Positions 9,184 to 20,202 of a DNA stretch of 64,000 nt are shown here, one piece after another. The position numbers and the translations under genes were made by a program. The stretch is from Prochlorococcus sp. scB243_498I20 (GTDB taxonomy: Bacteria > Cyanobacteriota > Cyanobacteriia > PCC-6307 > Cyanobiaceae): positions 10,164-74,163 of the forward strand of contig JFMR01000114.1 in assembly GCA_000635015.1 (NCBI GenBank), given 5' to 3'. The notes below the pieces were generated by a model. It ran no database searches and was not told where the DNA came from. It saw only the letters and a list, made by a program, of their open reading frames with translations. Positions within the stretch are counted from its first letter, which is position 1, and every line of letters begins with the position of its first letter.

Positions 9184-10608
9184 ATGCCAAAATTTGAAAA
9201 ATTAACTTTACCTAATGAAGGCGAGATAATAACTTTTAGTAAAGGCAAACCTAATGTTCCTAATAATCCAATTGTCCCATTTATTAGGGGTGATGGTACT
9301 GGAGTTGATATTTGGCCTGCAACTCAAATCGTTCTTGATTCAGCTATTAAAAAAAGCTATGGAGATGAAAGAAAAATTAATTGGTTTAAAGTCTATGCAG
9401 GCGATGAAGCTTGTGAACTTTATGGAACATATAACTATCTCCCTCAAGATACTATTGAAGCAATCAAACACTTTGGTGTAGCCATCAAAGGTCCCTTAAC
9501 GACTCCCATCGGTGGAGGTATTAGATCTCTTAATGTTGCACTAAGGCAAATATTTGATTTATATAGCTGTGTTAGACCATGCAAATATTATTCAGGGACT
9601 CCAAGCCCTCACAAAAACCCCCAAAATTTAGACGTTATTGTTTATAGAGAAAATACTGAGGATATCTACATGGGAATTGAATGGGAATCTGAGGATAATA
9701 ATTGTCTTGCATTAATTAATCACTTAAATAACGTTGTCATACCAAAAAGTAAAAATTTAAAAAATAGATCTATACCAGACGGGTCAGGTATTGGTATAAA
9801 ACCTGTAAGTAAGTCTGGTAGCCAAAGGCATATTAGAAAAGCTATTGAACATGCCAAAAGATTATCAGGAGATAAAAGGCATGTGACTCTTGTACATAAA
9901 GGGAATATTATGAAATATACAGAAGGTGCATTTAGAGATTGGGGATATGAATTAGCAGTAAATGAATTTAGAGAAGATTGCATTACAGAAAGAGAAAGCT
10001 GGATTTTAGAGAATATTCAGAAAAATTCAGAAATTACAATTGAAAATAATGCTCGAAAAATTGAACCAGGTTTTGACAAGCTTACAAATAACAAAAAAGC
10101 ATTCATTTGCGAAGAAATTAAAGAAGTTATTGCATCAATATCAAATTCTCACGGAGATGGAAAATGGAGAGAACTTATTCTTGTTGATGATCGGATTGCT
10201 GATAGTATATTTCAACAAATTCAAACTAGACCTCAAGAATATTCAATTCTTGCAACCTTAAATCTCAATGGAGACTATGTTTCTGATGCAGCTGCAGCAA
10301 TTGTTGGTGGCCTAGGTATGGCTCCTGGTGCAAATATTGGAGATAATGCAGCAATTTTCGAAGCTACGCACGGTACTGCGCCAAAACATGCGGGCTTAAA
10401 TAAAATTAATCCAGGCTCAGTAATTCTTAGTGGTGTAATGATGCTTGAATATTTTGGTTGGGATGAGGCCGCTAACTTAATTACTAATGGTTTAAGTAAG
10501 GCAATAGAGCAAAAAAAAGTCACCTATGATCTAGCACGCTTAATGGAACCAAAAGTAGAGCCCCTATCCTGCAGCAGTTTTGCTGAAGAAATTATCTCAA
10601 ATTTCTAA
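9184..10608 (+). CDS. icd: NADP-dependent isocitrate dehydrogenase
   Basis: GDGTGVDIW, KGPLTTPIGGGIRSLN, NLNGDYVSD, FEATHGTAPK. Confidence 0.97.
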   Translation: MPKFEKLTLPNEGEIITFSKGKPNVPNNPIVPFIRGDGTGVDIWPATQIVLDSAIKKSYGDERKINWFKVYAGDEACELYGTYNYLPQDTIEAIKHFGVAIKGPLTTPIGGGIRSLNVALRQIFDLYSCVRPCKYYSGTPSPHKNPQNLDVIVYRENTEDIYMGIEWESEDNNCLALINHLNNVVIPKSKNLKNRSIPDGSGIGIKPVSKSGSQRHIRKAIEHAKRLSGDKRHVTLVHKGNIMKYTEGAFRDWGYELAVNEFREDCITERESWILENIQKNSEITIENNARKIEPGFDKLTNNKKAFICEEIKEVIASISNSHGDGKWRELILVDDRIADSIFQQIQTRPQEYSILATLNLNGDYVSDAAAAIVGGLGMAPGANIGDNAAIFEATHGTAPKHAGLNKINPGSVILSGVMMLEYFGWDEAANLITNGLSKAIEQKKVTYDLARLMEPKVEPLSCSSFAEEIISNF

Positions 10609-10610
10609 TT

Positions 10611-11960
10611 TTAAAAATTATTTTTATTTTCAAAAACTTTCCAAATATTAACCAGTGAATCTTTAGTGCCAATGTTTCCAGGATGAGTAACAATAGGAAG
10701 TTTTTCGCCATTATTTAGGTTGTACGTCACCACTGAAATGCCAGTTAAAATCTGACCTTTAAGATAAACATAATCTGCATTAAGTCCTTTACTAAGAATC
10801 AAATTTGTTGTTATTCCACCTTTTGAAATCAAATATCCTATTTCATACTTCAAATCTGCGACTAATTCAGCGATAAAACAAGCAAGTAAATTATAAAAAT
10901 TAAATAGTTCAGAAGAATCTAAAGACATAAATTTTCTTGAAGTAAACAAAACGGGAGTTTTTCCTTTCTCAAAAGAAAATCTAATTTCTCTTAAAAATTT
11001 ATTTTTAAACAAATTCCTTCGCTTCTGATTATTGCGTGATGAAATAATTTTAAAGAATTCAAAAACATCTAATTCAACTGGGTTGCAATTACTTATCTCT
11101 AATAAATCATTCAATTGTATTGTTGAAAGTTCTACATAAGATCCCACAATTATTAGTCCTGGAAGAAAACTTTTTTCTTTATTTCTTATTCTTAAATTAG
11201 AAAAAAATATTTCACTCTGAGAGACACTTTTTTTCTCAGAAATTGAACTTATAAAACTTGCTGCAGTTCGAAAAAGGAATTTTTTTTGTTTAATTAACTT
11301 TTTAATTACTAAAGAAAATTTTTTTAGTTGAGAATAATTTTCTACATCTACAACTACATGTTTATTATTCTTCAAGTGCTTTAATCTTTTAAAAACAATA
11401 TTATTTTCTTCATCATTTAGCATTTTGATATCTGACAATAAAAGATTTTGAATATCTTCAAAATTTATTTGCGATTTACTCTGCTGAAATAAAAGATTCT
11501 TGACATTACTTGTCTCATATCCAAAAATTTTATCTGTTGCAAAAATTGTTTGACTAATAGGAGTTTTATCAACAAAATGAGATCCATTAATTGTTAATCT
11601 TTTACCCTCTAGGAAAGCTGGAATATGAAAAGTAGCATCAAAAGGACCTAAGCAACTATTTAGAGCAATTGGCTCTAAAAAGTTATGTCCTCGAAGAGTA
11701 GAGTCTCCTCTACTTATAAAAATAATTTCTTCTTCATAAGCTTGAGAATTAATTACAGTCTTAAGATTTTTGCAAATTGCCTCTATTGTTAATTTCGCAT
11801 CATTTTCAGATAGTGACCTTGTATTAGCCAAAATAAAAAATAAATTAGATCTAGATTCAAAACCTTTGGCTAATGTTGAGCAGTCCCACTTAAGAAGTAA
11901 TAAGCAATCCTGAACAGTTTGAGAGCCTGTGGGATCATCATCTATTACGACAAATTTCAT
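10611..11960 (-). CDS. Four-carbon acid sugar kinase family protein (DUF1537/YgbK-like)
   Basis: VIDDDPTG, SRGDSTLRGH, SKGGITT, PGNIG motifs. Confidence 0.88.
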   Translation of the reverse strand: MKFVVIDDDPTGSQTVQDCLLLLKWDCSTLAKGFESRSNLFFILANTRSLSENDAKLTIEAICKNLKTVINSQAYEEEIIFISRGDSTLRGHNFLEPIALNSCLGPFDATFHIPAFLEGKRLTINGSHFVDKTPISQTIFATDKIFGYETSNVKNLLFQQSKSQINFEDIQNLLLSDIKMLNDEENNIVFKRLKHLKNNKHVVVDVENYSQLKKFSLVIKKLIKQKKFLFRTAASFISSISEKKSVSQSEIFFSNLRIRNKEKSFLPGLIIVGSYVELSTIQLNDLLEISNCNPVELDVFEFFKIISSRNNQKRRNLFKNKFLREIRFSFEKGKTPVLFTSRKFMSLDSSELFNFYNLLACFIAELVADLKYEIGYLISKGGITTNLILSKGLNADYVYLKGQILTGISVVTYNLNNGEKLPIVTHPGNIGTKDSLVNIWKVFENKNNF

Positions 11961-11973
11961 AAGTATTACAAAA

Positions 11974-12822
11974 TTACTTAAGAGATTTTATTTGTATTGA
12001 GGCATTTAACCTTTTACTATCATTTGAAGGAATCATAATGTTTCTAAATCCATCAACAAAAGAATTTCGGGGACTAGTCCAAGGTTCGAGACATATCATT
12101 CTTCTTGGAGGATCACTCCAAATAACGCCTAAATCAAAAGGATATGGATGATTTAAAGTTACCTCTCTTTTAAAAATTTTGTCTCTAAAAGAGCTTATAC
12201 CGGAAGTATACATAAGTAGATCAACTCCAAAATTAATTTTGTTTAATTCATCCAAAGTATTACTTAAAGTATTTCTTTCTTGATCCTGACAATTAAGTGG
12301 ATTATCAACAAACTCTAAATTTTTGAAATCTGAAACATTAAAATAAGGATGCAAACCAAAATTTATAGGCATAGCAAAGTCTGATTTGTTATGGATTGTA
12401 ACTTCAAATTCTAAAGAATTAATTTTTAAGGTAACTTCTATTTTTAGTTCGAAATCGAAAGGATAATATTTTTTGGTTTTTTTAGATGCATTTAAGAACA
12501 AACATAAAGATTTTTCATTAAAGGAATATTGCCATCGCAAATCCCTAGCGAAACCATGTTGTGGTAATTGCAAATAACCATTTCCAAATACTGAACTTGA
12601 GGTATTGAGATTTCCACAAATTGGAAACAAGATTGGAATGCCTCCCCTAATACTTTTTGTCTTGTCCATAAATCTTGTTTCATCGAGATAAAGTATTTCA
12701 TTACCATCCGAAACCCAATTTGTAATAATGCCTCCTCTTTCAGGACAAAATTTAATGTAATTGTTTTTATCTAATTGTAAGACAAACATTCCTTGGTCCT
12801 TATTAGATGATTCAAGTTTCAC
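11974..12822 (-). CDS. Aldose 1-epimerase / galactose mutarotase family protein
   Basis: IRGGIPILFP, HGFAR, GLHPYF, CLEPW. Confidence 0.9.
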   Translation of the reverse strand: MKLESSNKDQGMFVLQLDKNNYIKFCPERGGIITNWVSDGNEILYLDETRFMDKTKSIRGGIPILFPICGNLNTSSSVFGNGYLQLPQHGFARDLRWQYSFNEKSLCLFLNASKKTKKYYPFDFELKIEVTLKINSLEFEVTIHNKSDFAMPINFGLHPYFNVSDFKNLEFVDNPLNCQDQERNTLSNTLDELNKINFGVDLLMYTSGISSFRDKIFKREVTLNHPYPFDLGVIWSDPPRRMICLEPWTSPRNSFVDGFRNIMIPSNDSKRLNASIQIKSLK

Positions 12823-12831
12823 AATTATTAC

Positions 12832-13731
12832 TTAAAGAGAATCAACCCAATCCAAAATATGCTGATTAACTAATTCAGGTATCTCATCATGAGGACAATG
12901 TCCTGCATCAAGAATAATTTCTTTAGTATTCTTTGGTGTAAATTTTTTATATAGATTTCTTTTTTTTGGAGTGTTCATCCATGGATCTTTCCCTCCCCAA
13001 AGGAGTAACAATGGTGCATTTAGTTTTGCGAATAGCTTATCCAACGGCAATCCTTGAGGACCTGATGGGTTAAATACACTTCTAAAGACATTAAAAGCTC
13101 CAAAATCTAGAGAAGGCTTCCTTATTGACTCAACTAAGAAATCATCAACATTTTTTTTATCAACATAAACTTGATTCAAAGTTTTTTTAATATTTTTTGG
13201 ATTTCTCATATTCTCAAAAATCAAACGTTGAAGAACAATATTTTTTAAAAATATGCCGGCAACTGTTTCAATTGAAGTTTGCAACATATTCTTTTTGATA
13301 GTTTTTTCTTCACTAAAATATCCAGCAGCATTAAGTAAGATCACTCCTGCGTTTAGTTCATTTAATTCTGCACCAGCTGCTAATGCGGCATAACCACCTA
13401 ATGAATTTCCAACAACAATTGTAGGTTTTTTTATTTTCTCTTTAACATATGCGACAACCTGATCTTTCCATAAAGAACCTGAGTATTCGACGTCTTGAGG
13501 CTTAGGACTTTTTCCAAAACCGAGTAAATCCATAGCATGAACCTCGTATTTTGTACTCAAAACAGGGATATTAAATCTCCAATGATCTGTAGAAGCGCCG
13601 AAACCATGAATTAATAAAATTGCACATTCTTTTGATGTTTGCTCGGGCTTAGCGGAAACAGTATGAATTGGGTAATTTAAAAAATTCCAGTTATAATTTC
13701 CATTACTATCTATCAAAGCTGTCTTTTCCAT
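12832..13731 (-). CDS. Alpha/beta fold hydrolase
   Basis: HGFGAS, GNSLGG nucleophile elbow, AGHCPHDE. Confidence 0.92.
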   Translation of the reverse strand: MEKTALIDSNGNYNWNFLNYPIHTVSAKPEQTSKECAILLIHGFGASTDHWRFNIPVLSTKYEVHAMDLLGFGKSPKPQDVEYSGSLWKDQVVAYVKEKIKKPTIVVGNSLGGYAALAAGAELNELNAGVILLNAAGYFSEEKTIKKNMLQTSIETVAGIFLKNIVLQRLIFENMRNPKNIKKTLNQVYVDKKNVDDFLVESIRKPSLDFGAFNVFRSVFNPSGPQGLPLDKLFAKLNAPLLLLWGGKDPWMNTPKKRNLYKKFTPKNTKEIILDAGHCPHDEIPELVNQHILDWVDSL

Positions 13732-13772
13732 TCATTGAAATCTATCTTTATTGATTCTAATAAACTTATTTC

Positions 13773-15140
13773 CTAAAGAAGACCCACAGGATCGGCTGCA
13801 ACATCATCTGAAATTTTATTGCCATCATTTGGGGGCTTATCTTTTAGAACAATTCTTAAGAGTACAGGTGCAAGGAATGTAGTTCCTATAACCATTAATA
13901 AAATAGCTGCTTCAAGAGAAGGAGTTAATAACTTAGCACTTGTTCCTAGCCCAAGAAAAATTAAACCAACCTCTCCTCTAGGCATCATACCCAAGCCTAC
14001 AACTAATCTATTTGTAGGTTTATCACTTGAAAATACCCATCCGGCTGCAATTTTTCCAATAATCGCGACAACTAATAAAAATCCTGCAACTACAAGAGCT
14101 GATCTGCTTGTTGGATCAAGTGGATTTATAACAGATAAATCCATTCCAGCTCCAACTAATACAAAGAAAATAGTTGCGAATAAAGATACTAAAGGTAAAA
14201 CAGATTGTTGTATTGCATGATTATTTTTAGAACTACTAAGAATCAATCCTGCTGCAAAAGCCCCTAAAGCTGCTTCCAATCCTATGGCTGTTGCCACGAA
14301 ACAACACAATACAAGTATTACAAAAGAAGCTACAACCACGGCTCCTGGAGCCTTTAATCTATCTAGTAACCAATCAAAACCTGGAGCAGCTGTTCTACTT
14401 AATGCAATAGCAGCAATAACAAACACTACAGCTGCTGCAACTAATTTGATAATGGGTGCAATTTCTAAAGTACCTCCGGCTGCAAGGGCGACTACAACTG
14501 CCAGAATAACAATTCCCAAAATATCGTCTAAAACTGCTGCACCAATAACAATCTGTCCTTCTCTAGTTTTCAAATATCCCAATTCACCGAAAACACTTGC
14601 GGTAATTCCTATACTTGTGGCTGTCATAGATGCTCCAGCAAAAACTGCTGGAATTAGATCTACTTGGAAAATAAACATTAATCCAAAAGTTCCAAACGCA
14701 AACGGTAAAATTACGCCAGCCATAGCAACAGTAAAAGCCTGAGCACCGACAGCTACCAACTCTTCTAACTCACTTTCTAAGCCTGTTAAAAATAAAAGTG
14801 CATATAAACCAAGTGTTGCTACTGCTTGCAGCGAGGGAAAGCTTTCGAAGTAAACATCAGGTACTGCTTCTGGGGGGATTGACGCTAATGAACTAATAAC
14901 ATTTATAAGTCCCTCATTTAGTTCTGTTCCAGCTGAGGGCGGTATCAATAAATGGAATCCTGATGCTCCTATTACAACCCCTGCAAGAAGCTCACCTACA
15001 ATCGTTGGCAAACTAAGTCTTACTAATACTTCTGCTAATGCTCTTGCCGCTAAAAAGATCAATAAAAATCTTATAACTCCGATCAACGTTTCAGCAACCT
15101 CTAAATCATGTGCACTTAATTCAGCAAGTAAAGAATACAT
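13773..15140 (-). CDS. Na+/H+ antiporter (CPA2 family)
   Basis: Many TM helices; ATSIGI, AAVLDD, MMPRGEVGL. Confidence 0.92.
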   Translation of the reverse strand: MYSLLAELSAHDLEVAETLIGVIRFLLIFLAARALAEVLVRLSLPTIVGELLAGVVIGASGFHLLIPPSAGTELNEGLINVISSLASIPPEAVPDVYFESFPSLQAVATLGLYALLFLTGLESELEELVAVGAQAFTVAMAGVILPFAFGTFGLMFIFQVDLIPAVFAGASMTATSIGITASVFGELGYLKTREGQIVIGAAVLDDILGIVILAVVVALAAGGTLEIAPIIKLVAAAVVFVIAAIALSRTAAPGFDWLLDRLKAPGAVVVASFVILVLCCFVATAIGLEAALGAFAAGLILSSSKNNHAIQQSVLPLVSLFATIFFVLVGAGMDLSVINPLDPTSRSALVVAGFLLVVAIIGKIAAGWVFSSDKPTNRLVVGLGMMPRGEVGLIFLGLGTSAKLLTPSLEAAILLMVIGTTFLAPVLLRIVLKDKPPNDGNKISDDVAADPVGLL

Positions 15141-15271
15141 TTAAGTGTAAAAATAAACTACCTATTTGGAAGATAGTTTATTGAGGGCCCACTTTAAGAA
15201 ATATGTAAGAAAAAAGCAAAAATACTCAACAAGTGTGGATCTGAAGTTACAACAAAGAAATTTTCTTAAAA

Positions 15272-17836
15272 ATGGCTATTGTCTGTTATATGGCTAATCC
15301 AATGAATTCCAACAAACCCTTTGATCTGCGCTTGCCTACACCAGGCTGCTATTTAGATCCTGAAAAAGCTGGGATGGATTCAGATGCTGTTTTTCAAGGA
15401 ATGACAGCTCATCTTTTCTACACACTTGGAAAATTAGCAACCTCTGCAAGTCCTCACGACTTATATATGGCTTTGAGTTATGCAGTTAAAGATAGGCTAA
15501 TGACAAGATACTTGGCCAGCCAAGAAGTCATAAGAAAAAAACCACAAAAAACAGTAGCGTACTTATCGGCAGAATTTTTAATAGGTCCTCAATTAAGTAA
15601 TAACCTCCTCAATCTTGGCATAACTCAAGAAGCGGAAGATGCATTAAAAAGATTTGGTATTGAATCTTTATCAACAATACTCGAAGTGGAGGAAGAGCCT
15701 GGATTAGGTAATGGTGGTCTTGGTAGACTTGCTGCATGTTACATGGAATCATTAGCATCTCTACAAGTTCCAGCAGTTGGTTATGGTATTCGCTACGAAT
15801 TTGGCATATTCAATCAATTAATCAGAGATGGTTGGCAAGTTGAAGTTACTGACAAATGGCTAAAAGGTGGATGGCCTTGGGAACTTCCACAACCTGATGA
15901 ATCATGTTTTGTTGGCTTTGGAGGAAGAACTGAAAGTTATAGAGACGATAAAGGAAACTACAGATCAAGATGGATACCCTCTGAACATGCAATAGGTGTA
16001 CCTCATGATGTTCCAGTCTTAGGATACAGAGTAAATACATGTGACAGATTAAGATTATGGAGAGCTGATGCAACAGAAAGTTTTGACTTTTATGCTTTCA
16101 ATATTGGTGATTACTATGGAGCAGTAGAAGAAAAAGTTGCCTCTGAAACTCTTTCAAAAGTTCTATATCCAAATGATGGAACTGACGAAGGTAGGAGATT
16201 AAGACTCAAACAACAACACTTTTTTGTAAGCTGTTCTCTTCAGGATATGTTGAGAAGCCTTGAGAAAAGATCAATACCAATAACAGAATTCCCTAAACAT
16301 TGGACAGTACAATTGAATGATACCCATCCTGCCATAGCAGTTGCAGAATTAATGCGACTTCTTATTGACCAATATCAAATTGGCTGGGATAAAGCGTGGA
16401 ATATAACAACCTCCTCAGTTGCTTATACCAACCACACATTACTACCAGAAGCTTTAGAGAAATGGGATTTAGGTTTATTTAATGATCTTCTTCCCCGTCA
16501 TTTAGAAATAATTTATGAAATTAACTGGAGATTTCTTCAACAATTACGATTACGTTATCCTGGTGATGACAAGATCCTTCAAAAGCTATCAATAATTGAT
16601 GAAGAAGGCTCCAAATCAGTACGTATGGCTCACTTGGCTACAATTGGAGCACATCATATAAATGGAGTTGCTGCTCTTCATTCAGACTTAATAAAAAGAC
16701 AACTTCTTCCTGAATTCGCAGATCTATGGCCTGAAAAGTTTACGAATGTAACTAATGGGGTTACTCCAAGAAGATGGGTTGCCCTATCTAATCCATCATT
16801 ATCTAACCTTTTAGAAGAAGAAGTTGGTCCAGATTGGATAACAAATATGGACCTTCTTAAGAAGCTAGAAGAAAGAAAAGATGATAATAATTTTCTACAA
16901 AAATTTGAAGAAACTAAGCTAAATGGCAAAAGAAAATTAGCTAGTTTTATTCATTCAAAAACTGGAATCCTAGTAGATCCATCAAGTTTATTCGACGTTC
17001 AAGTAAAAAGAATTCATCAATATAAAAGGCAACATTTAAACGCGCTACAAATTATTGCTCAATATTTAAGAATCAAAAATGGTACAAACAAGTATGAAGT
17101 CCCAAGAACAATAATATTCGGAGGGAAGGCTGCACCAGGTTATTTTATGGCAAAGCTAATGATTAGATTTATTAATGGAATTGCTGATGTGGTTAATTCC
17201 GATCCAGATATGGATGGTTTGTTAAGAGTTGTTTTTCTTCCTGACTATAACGTCAAACTTGGTGAAATAGTTTATCCTGCCACAGATCTTTCAGAACAAA
17301 TATCAACTGCTGGAAAAGAAGCATCTGGAACTGGAAATATGAAGTTTGCGATGAATGGAGCGTTAACGATTGGAACCTTAGATGGAGCTAATGTGGAATT
17401 AAGAGATCTTGTGAAAAAAGAGAATTTCTTTCTTTTTGGTAAAACTGAAAGCGAAATTATGCATTTAAAAAATAATAATTACTCTCCCAAAACTTTTATT
17501 AATCAATCTCCAGAGCTTAAAGAAGTTATACGTCTTATTGAAATTGGCCACTTTAGCAATGGGGATAAAGAATTATTTAAACCGTTATTAAATAGCTTGA
17601 CTGGACATGACCCATTTTTCGTTATGGCTGACTTTGAAGACTACTTAAATAAACAGGATGTGGTGAGTGAATGCTGGAATAATAAAAAATCTTGGAATAA
17701 AATGGCATTATTAAATACTGCTAGATCAGGATATTTTTCTTCAGATAGATCTATTAGAGAGTACTGTAACTCTATTTGGAAAGTATCTCCAATGCCAGTT
17801 GAAATTACTTGCGACGTCGAAGAATTAACTAATTAA
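15272..17836 (+). CDS. glgP: Glycogen/alpha-glucan phosphorylase
   Basis: GLGNGGLGRLAAC, LNDTHP, KRIHQYKRQ, EASGTGNMK (PLP lysine). Confidence 0.97.
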   Translation: MAIVCYMANPMNSNKPFDLRLPTPGCYLDPEKAGMDSDAVFQGMTAHLFYTLGKLATSASPHDLYMALSYAVKDRLMTRYLASQEVIRKKPQKTVAYLSAEFLIGPQLSNNLLNLGITQEAEDALKRFGIESLSTILEVEEEPGLGNGGLGRLAACYMESLASLQVPAVGYGIRYEFGIFNQLIRDGWQVEVTDKWLKGGWPWELPQPDESCFVGFGGRTESYRDDKGNYRSRWIPSEHAIGVPHDVPVLGYRVNTCDRLRLWRADATESFDFYAFNIGDYYGAVEEKVASETLSKVLYPNDGTDEGRRLRLKQQHFFVSCSLQDMLRSLEKRSIPITEFPKHWTVQLNDTHPAIAVAELMRLLIDQYQIGWDKAWNITTSSVAYTNHTLLPEALEKWDLGLFNDLLPRHLEIIYEINWRFLQQLRLRYPGDDKILQKLSIIDEEGSKSVRMAHLATIGAHHINGVAALHSDLIKRQLLPEFADLWPEKFTNVTNGVTPRRWVALSNPSLSNLLEEEVGPDWITNMDLLKKLEERKDDNNFLQKFEETKLNGKRKLASFIHSKTGILVDPSSLFDVQVKRIHQYKRQHLNALQIIAQYLRIKNGTNKYEVPRTIIFGGKAAPGYFMAKLMIRFINGIADVVNSDPDMDGLLRVVFLPDYNVKLGEIVYPATDLSEQISTAGKEASGTGNMKFAMNGALTIGTLDGANVELRDLVKKENFFLFGKTESEIMHLKNNNYSPKTFINQSPELKEVIRLIEIGHFSNGDKELFKPLLNSLTGHDPFFVMADFEDYLNKQDVVSECWNNKKSWNKMALLNTARSGYFSSDRSIREYCNSIWKVSPMPVEITCDVEELTN

Positions 17837-18284
17837 TATTTTTCTTATCAGGTGAATCTGGGGTTTGATGAAATAATCTATTCAAAATTAATCGATCCAT
17901 ATTTAAAGGATCTGGGGCTAATTCATTTGCAATTTCTTTAAATTTTGATTCAATGTTGTTTGAAAATTTTGTATCAAATATTCTTTCCATTAATGCTTCA
18001 ATTGAATATAAATAAGCATTAACACTTTCAAGTTCATCTAAAGCTTCAGCAATTTCATTATCAGAAATATGTTTTTCTTCTGGACTAACATCTTTATTTA
18101 TTTCTCTCTCAGATAACTCACTCTGCAACTCGTCAGTAATCTTAGTACAAAGAGTTCTGAAAGATTGAAGAGATGCCCAATTCAATTCTTGTTGCTGTTT
18201 AAAAGTAGGAAATTCTCTAATAAGACGATCATGCTCTCTATAAAATCTCTGACAATCAGAGCATTGACATGGTTCTTCAGCCAA
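17829..18284 (-). CDS. Conserved hypothetical protein
   Basis: 151-aa helical ORF with CxCxxC near N-terminus. Confidence 0.7.
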   Translation of the reverse strand: MAEEPCQCSDCQRFYREHDRLIREFPTFKQQQELNWASLQSFRTLCTKITDELQSELSEREINKDVSPEEKHISDNEIAEALDELESVNAYLYSIEALMERIFDTKFSNNIESKFKEIANELAPDPLNMDRLILNRLFHQTPDSPDKKNIN

Positions 18285-18315
18285 AAGAAAATATAACTCT
18301 TTCTATATCATCTCA

Positions 18316-18648
18316 CTATTTGGGGAAAATTGTAGGACCATCTAATAATTCGTCATTTTCATCAAGTGAATCTGGACTATCTGGCAATGGTATCTCAATA
18401 CTAGTAACTAAATTAATAACATCTCTTAATCTCATAGAATCGGCAAACCATCCCATTGCTTGCTCGGCATCGCCTCTTTTTTCAGCATCATTTGCTTGAT
18501 CTTCGTGAGCTTCTGCCAATAAAGCAAGCCAGCACAGGCATCTTGCTTGAACTATTGAAAGATCTAAATCATTAGGTTGGGATTTAGAAATGCGCTCATG
18601 CTCTTGTTGTATTAGTAGCTTTAAACGCATATCATGCAACTTAGCCAT
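18316..18648 (-). CDS. Conserved hypothetical protein
   Basis: 110-aa helical ORF co-oriented with neighbour. Confidence 0.7.
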   Translation of the reverse strand: MAKLHDMRLKLLIQQEHERISKSQPNDLDLSIVQARCLCWLALLAEAHEDQANDAEKRGDAEQAMGWFADSMRLRDVINLVTSIEIPLPDSPDSLDENDELLDGPTIFPK

Positions 18649-18726
18649 AAAAGATTTACTACTAACTATACGCTAGCTAGAGAGTAGCAAATTTGCACAC
18701 ATACTACATATAGTTTTTTATTTTTA

Positions 18727-18800
<74 letters not shown>

Positions 18801-18838
18801 AATAGATGCTTTTTGTAGTACTTAGGACTATGCTAAAT

Positions 18839-19214
18839 GAAAGCAGGAGAGGCAATCGCGAGAAAGTTTTATTTTGGAAACAAAATAAAACTTTCTTGAG
18901 GAAAGTCCGGGCTCCCAAATGGTCAAGCTTGCTGGGTAATTCCCAGTGCGGGCAACCGTGAGGATAGTGCCACAGAAACATACCGCCTAATACTTTATGT
19001 ATGGCAAGGGTGCAAGGGTGCGGTAAGAGCGCACCAGCAACATTGAGAAGTGTTGGCTAGGTAAACCCCGGCCGGGAGCAAGGCTTAGTAGATTTATGAC
19101 CATTACAAAATCTACTTTTAAGAGCCGCTCGAGACTGTGAAGTAATTCCAGTCCTAGATAGATGATTGCCCATCTTAATACAGATGAACAGAACCCGGCT
19201 TATGACCTGCTTTC
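18839..19214 (+). ncRNA. rnpB: RNase P RNA
   Basis: GAGGAAAGTCCGGGC, AGTGCCACAGAAA, GGGTGCAAGGGTGCGGTAAGAGCGCACC, ACAGAACCCGGCTTAT; ends GAAAGCAGG/CCTGCTTTC pair. Confidence 0.95.
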
Positions 19215-19239
19215 TAATTTTTGTAATTATTTAAATCAG

Positions 19240-19989
19240 ATGACAAATATAATTAATGCAAAAAGAATTAATCAAATAACTGCTTTTTTAAAGTCTTTAA
19301 ATATTAACTCAAAAAGATTTTCTGAAATAATTAGAAATCAAAATATTTCAATCATTCATGATTTTAATGAAGCATTTATCCATTCCTCAAAGGACAAAAT
19401 AATAAATTATGAAAAACTAGAATTTTTTGGAGATGCAGTACTCAGATTAGCTGCGTCTAATTTTATTGAAAAAAAATATCCTCAAATGAGTGTAGGAGAA
19501 AGATCAGAGCTAAGAGCACAAATTGTAAGTGATGAATGGTTAACTAAATTAGGAAAAAAAATTGATATAGAGAAATTAATCATTAAAGGACCTAAAGCTC
19601 TTGGTGATGAAAATTCAAAAAATACGATTATTGGTGAGGCTACAGAAGCTTTAATCGGTGCTGTTTACAAGTGTTTTAATTCCATTCAAGAAGTAAATCT
19701 TTGGTTAGATGAAATTTGGGAGAAAGATTCAGAAATATTTTTAAAAGCTCCATATAAATTCAAATCTAAGACAGTTTTGCAAGAGTGGTGTCAAAGTAAA
19801 GGTTTTGATTTACCAGTTTATAAAATAATTGAAGTCTCAAAGAAAAATGGAGACCCTAAAAGATTTTCTTGCGATATATTTATCGAAGGATTAAGAGAAT
19901 CATCTTCATTCGGCAAGTCCCATAAACAAGCAGAAACGAATGCAGCAAAACTTTTAATAGAAAAATTTATAACTAAAGGTGAAATTTGA
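19240..19989 (+). CDS. rnc: Ribonuclease III
   Basis: EKLEFFGDAVL signature and C-terminal dsRBD; start moved to ATG 19240 because ORF-track start lies inside rnpB. Confidence 0.95.
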   Translation: MTNIINAKRINQITAFLKSLNINSKRFSEIIRNQNISIIHDFNEAFIHSSKDKIINYEKLEFFGDAVLRLAASNFIEKKYPQMSVGERSELRAQIVSDEWLTKLGKKIDIEKLIIKGPKALGDENSKNTIIGEATEALIGAVYKCFNSIQEVNLWLDEIWEKDSEIFLKAPYKFKSKTVLQEWCQSKGFDLPVYKIIEVSKKNGDPKRFSCDIFIEGLRESSSFGKSHKQAETNAAKLLIEKFITKGEI

Positions 19990-19992
19990 TTT

Positions 19993-20178
19993 TTATACTA
20001 TTTCTAAATTCGTTAGCTGAAAAGTAATGAGTTTATCCCAATTACCTCCTTCAAACAGAACCGCTGCTCTTTTTTTTGTAACTCTTTGTACAAACCCTTT
20101 ATATCCTCTGTATATAGAGTTGTCGTCTTTTACAATCACAAAAGAACCAGGGAGTATGGGTTTATTAGATAATTCCAT
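19993..20178 (-). CDS. ndhS: NAD(P)H dehydrogenase subunit NdhS
   Basis: ILPG...Y.G.VQRV...[15 protein letters not shown]. Confidence 0.92.
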   Translation of the reverse strand: MELSNKPILPGSFVIVKDDNSIYRGYKGFVQRVTKKRAAVLFEGGNWDKLITFQLTNLEIV

Positions 20179-20202
20179 AAAAAACTCTTTCTAATACAAT
20201 AT

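Noticed and set aside
19162-19239. N-terminal extension of rnc overlapping rnpB
   Set aside because: ORF-caller artefact; the ATG at 19240 follows the RNA gene
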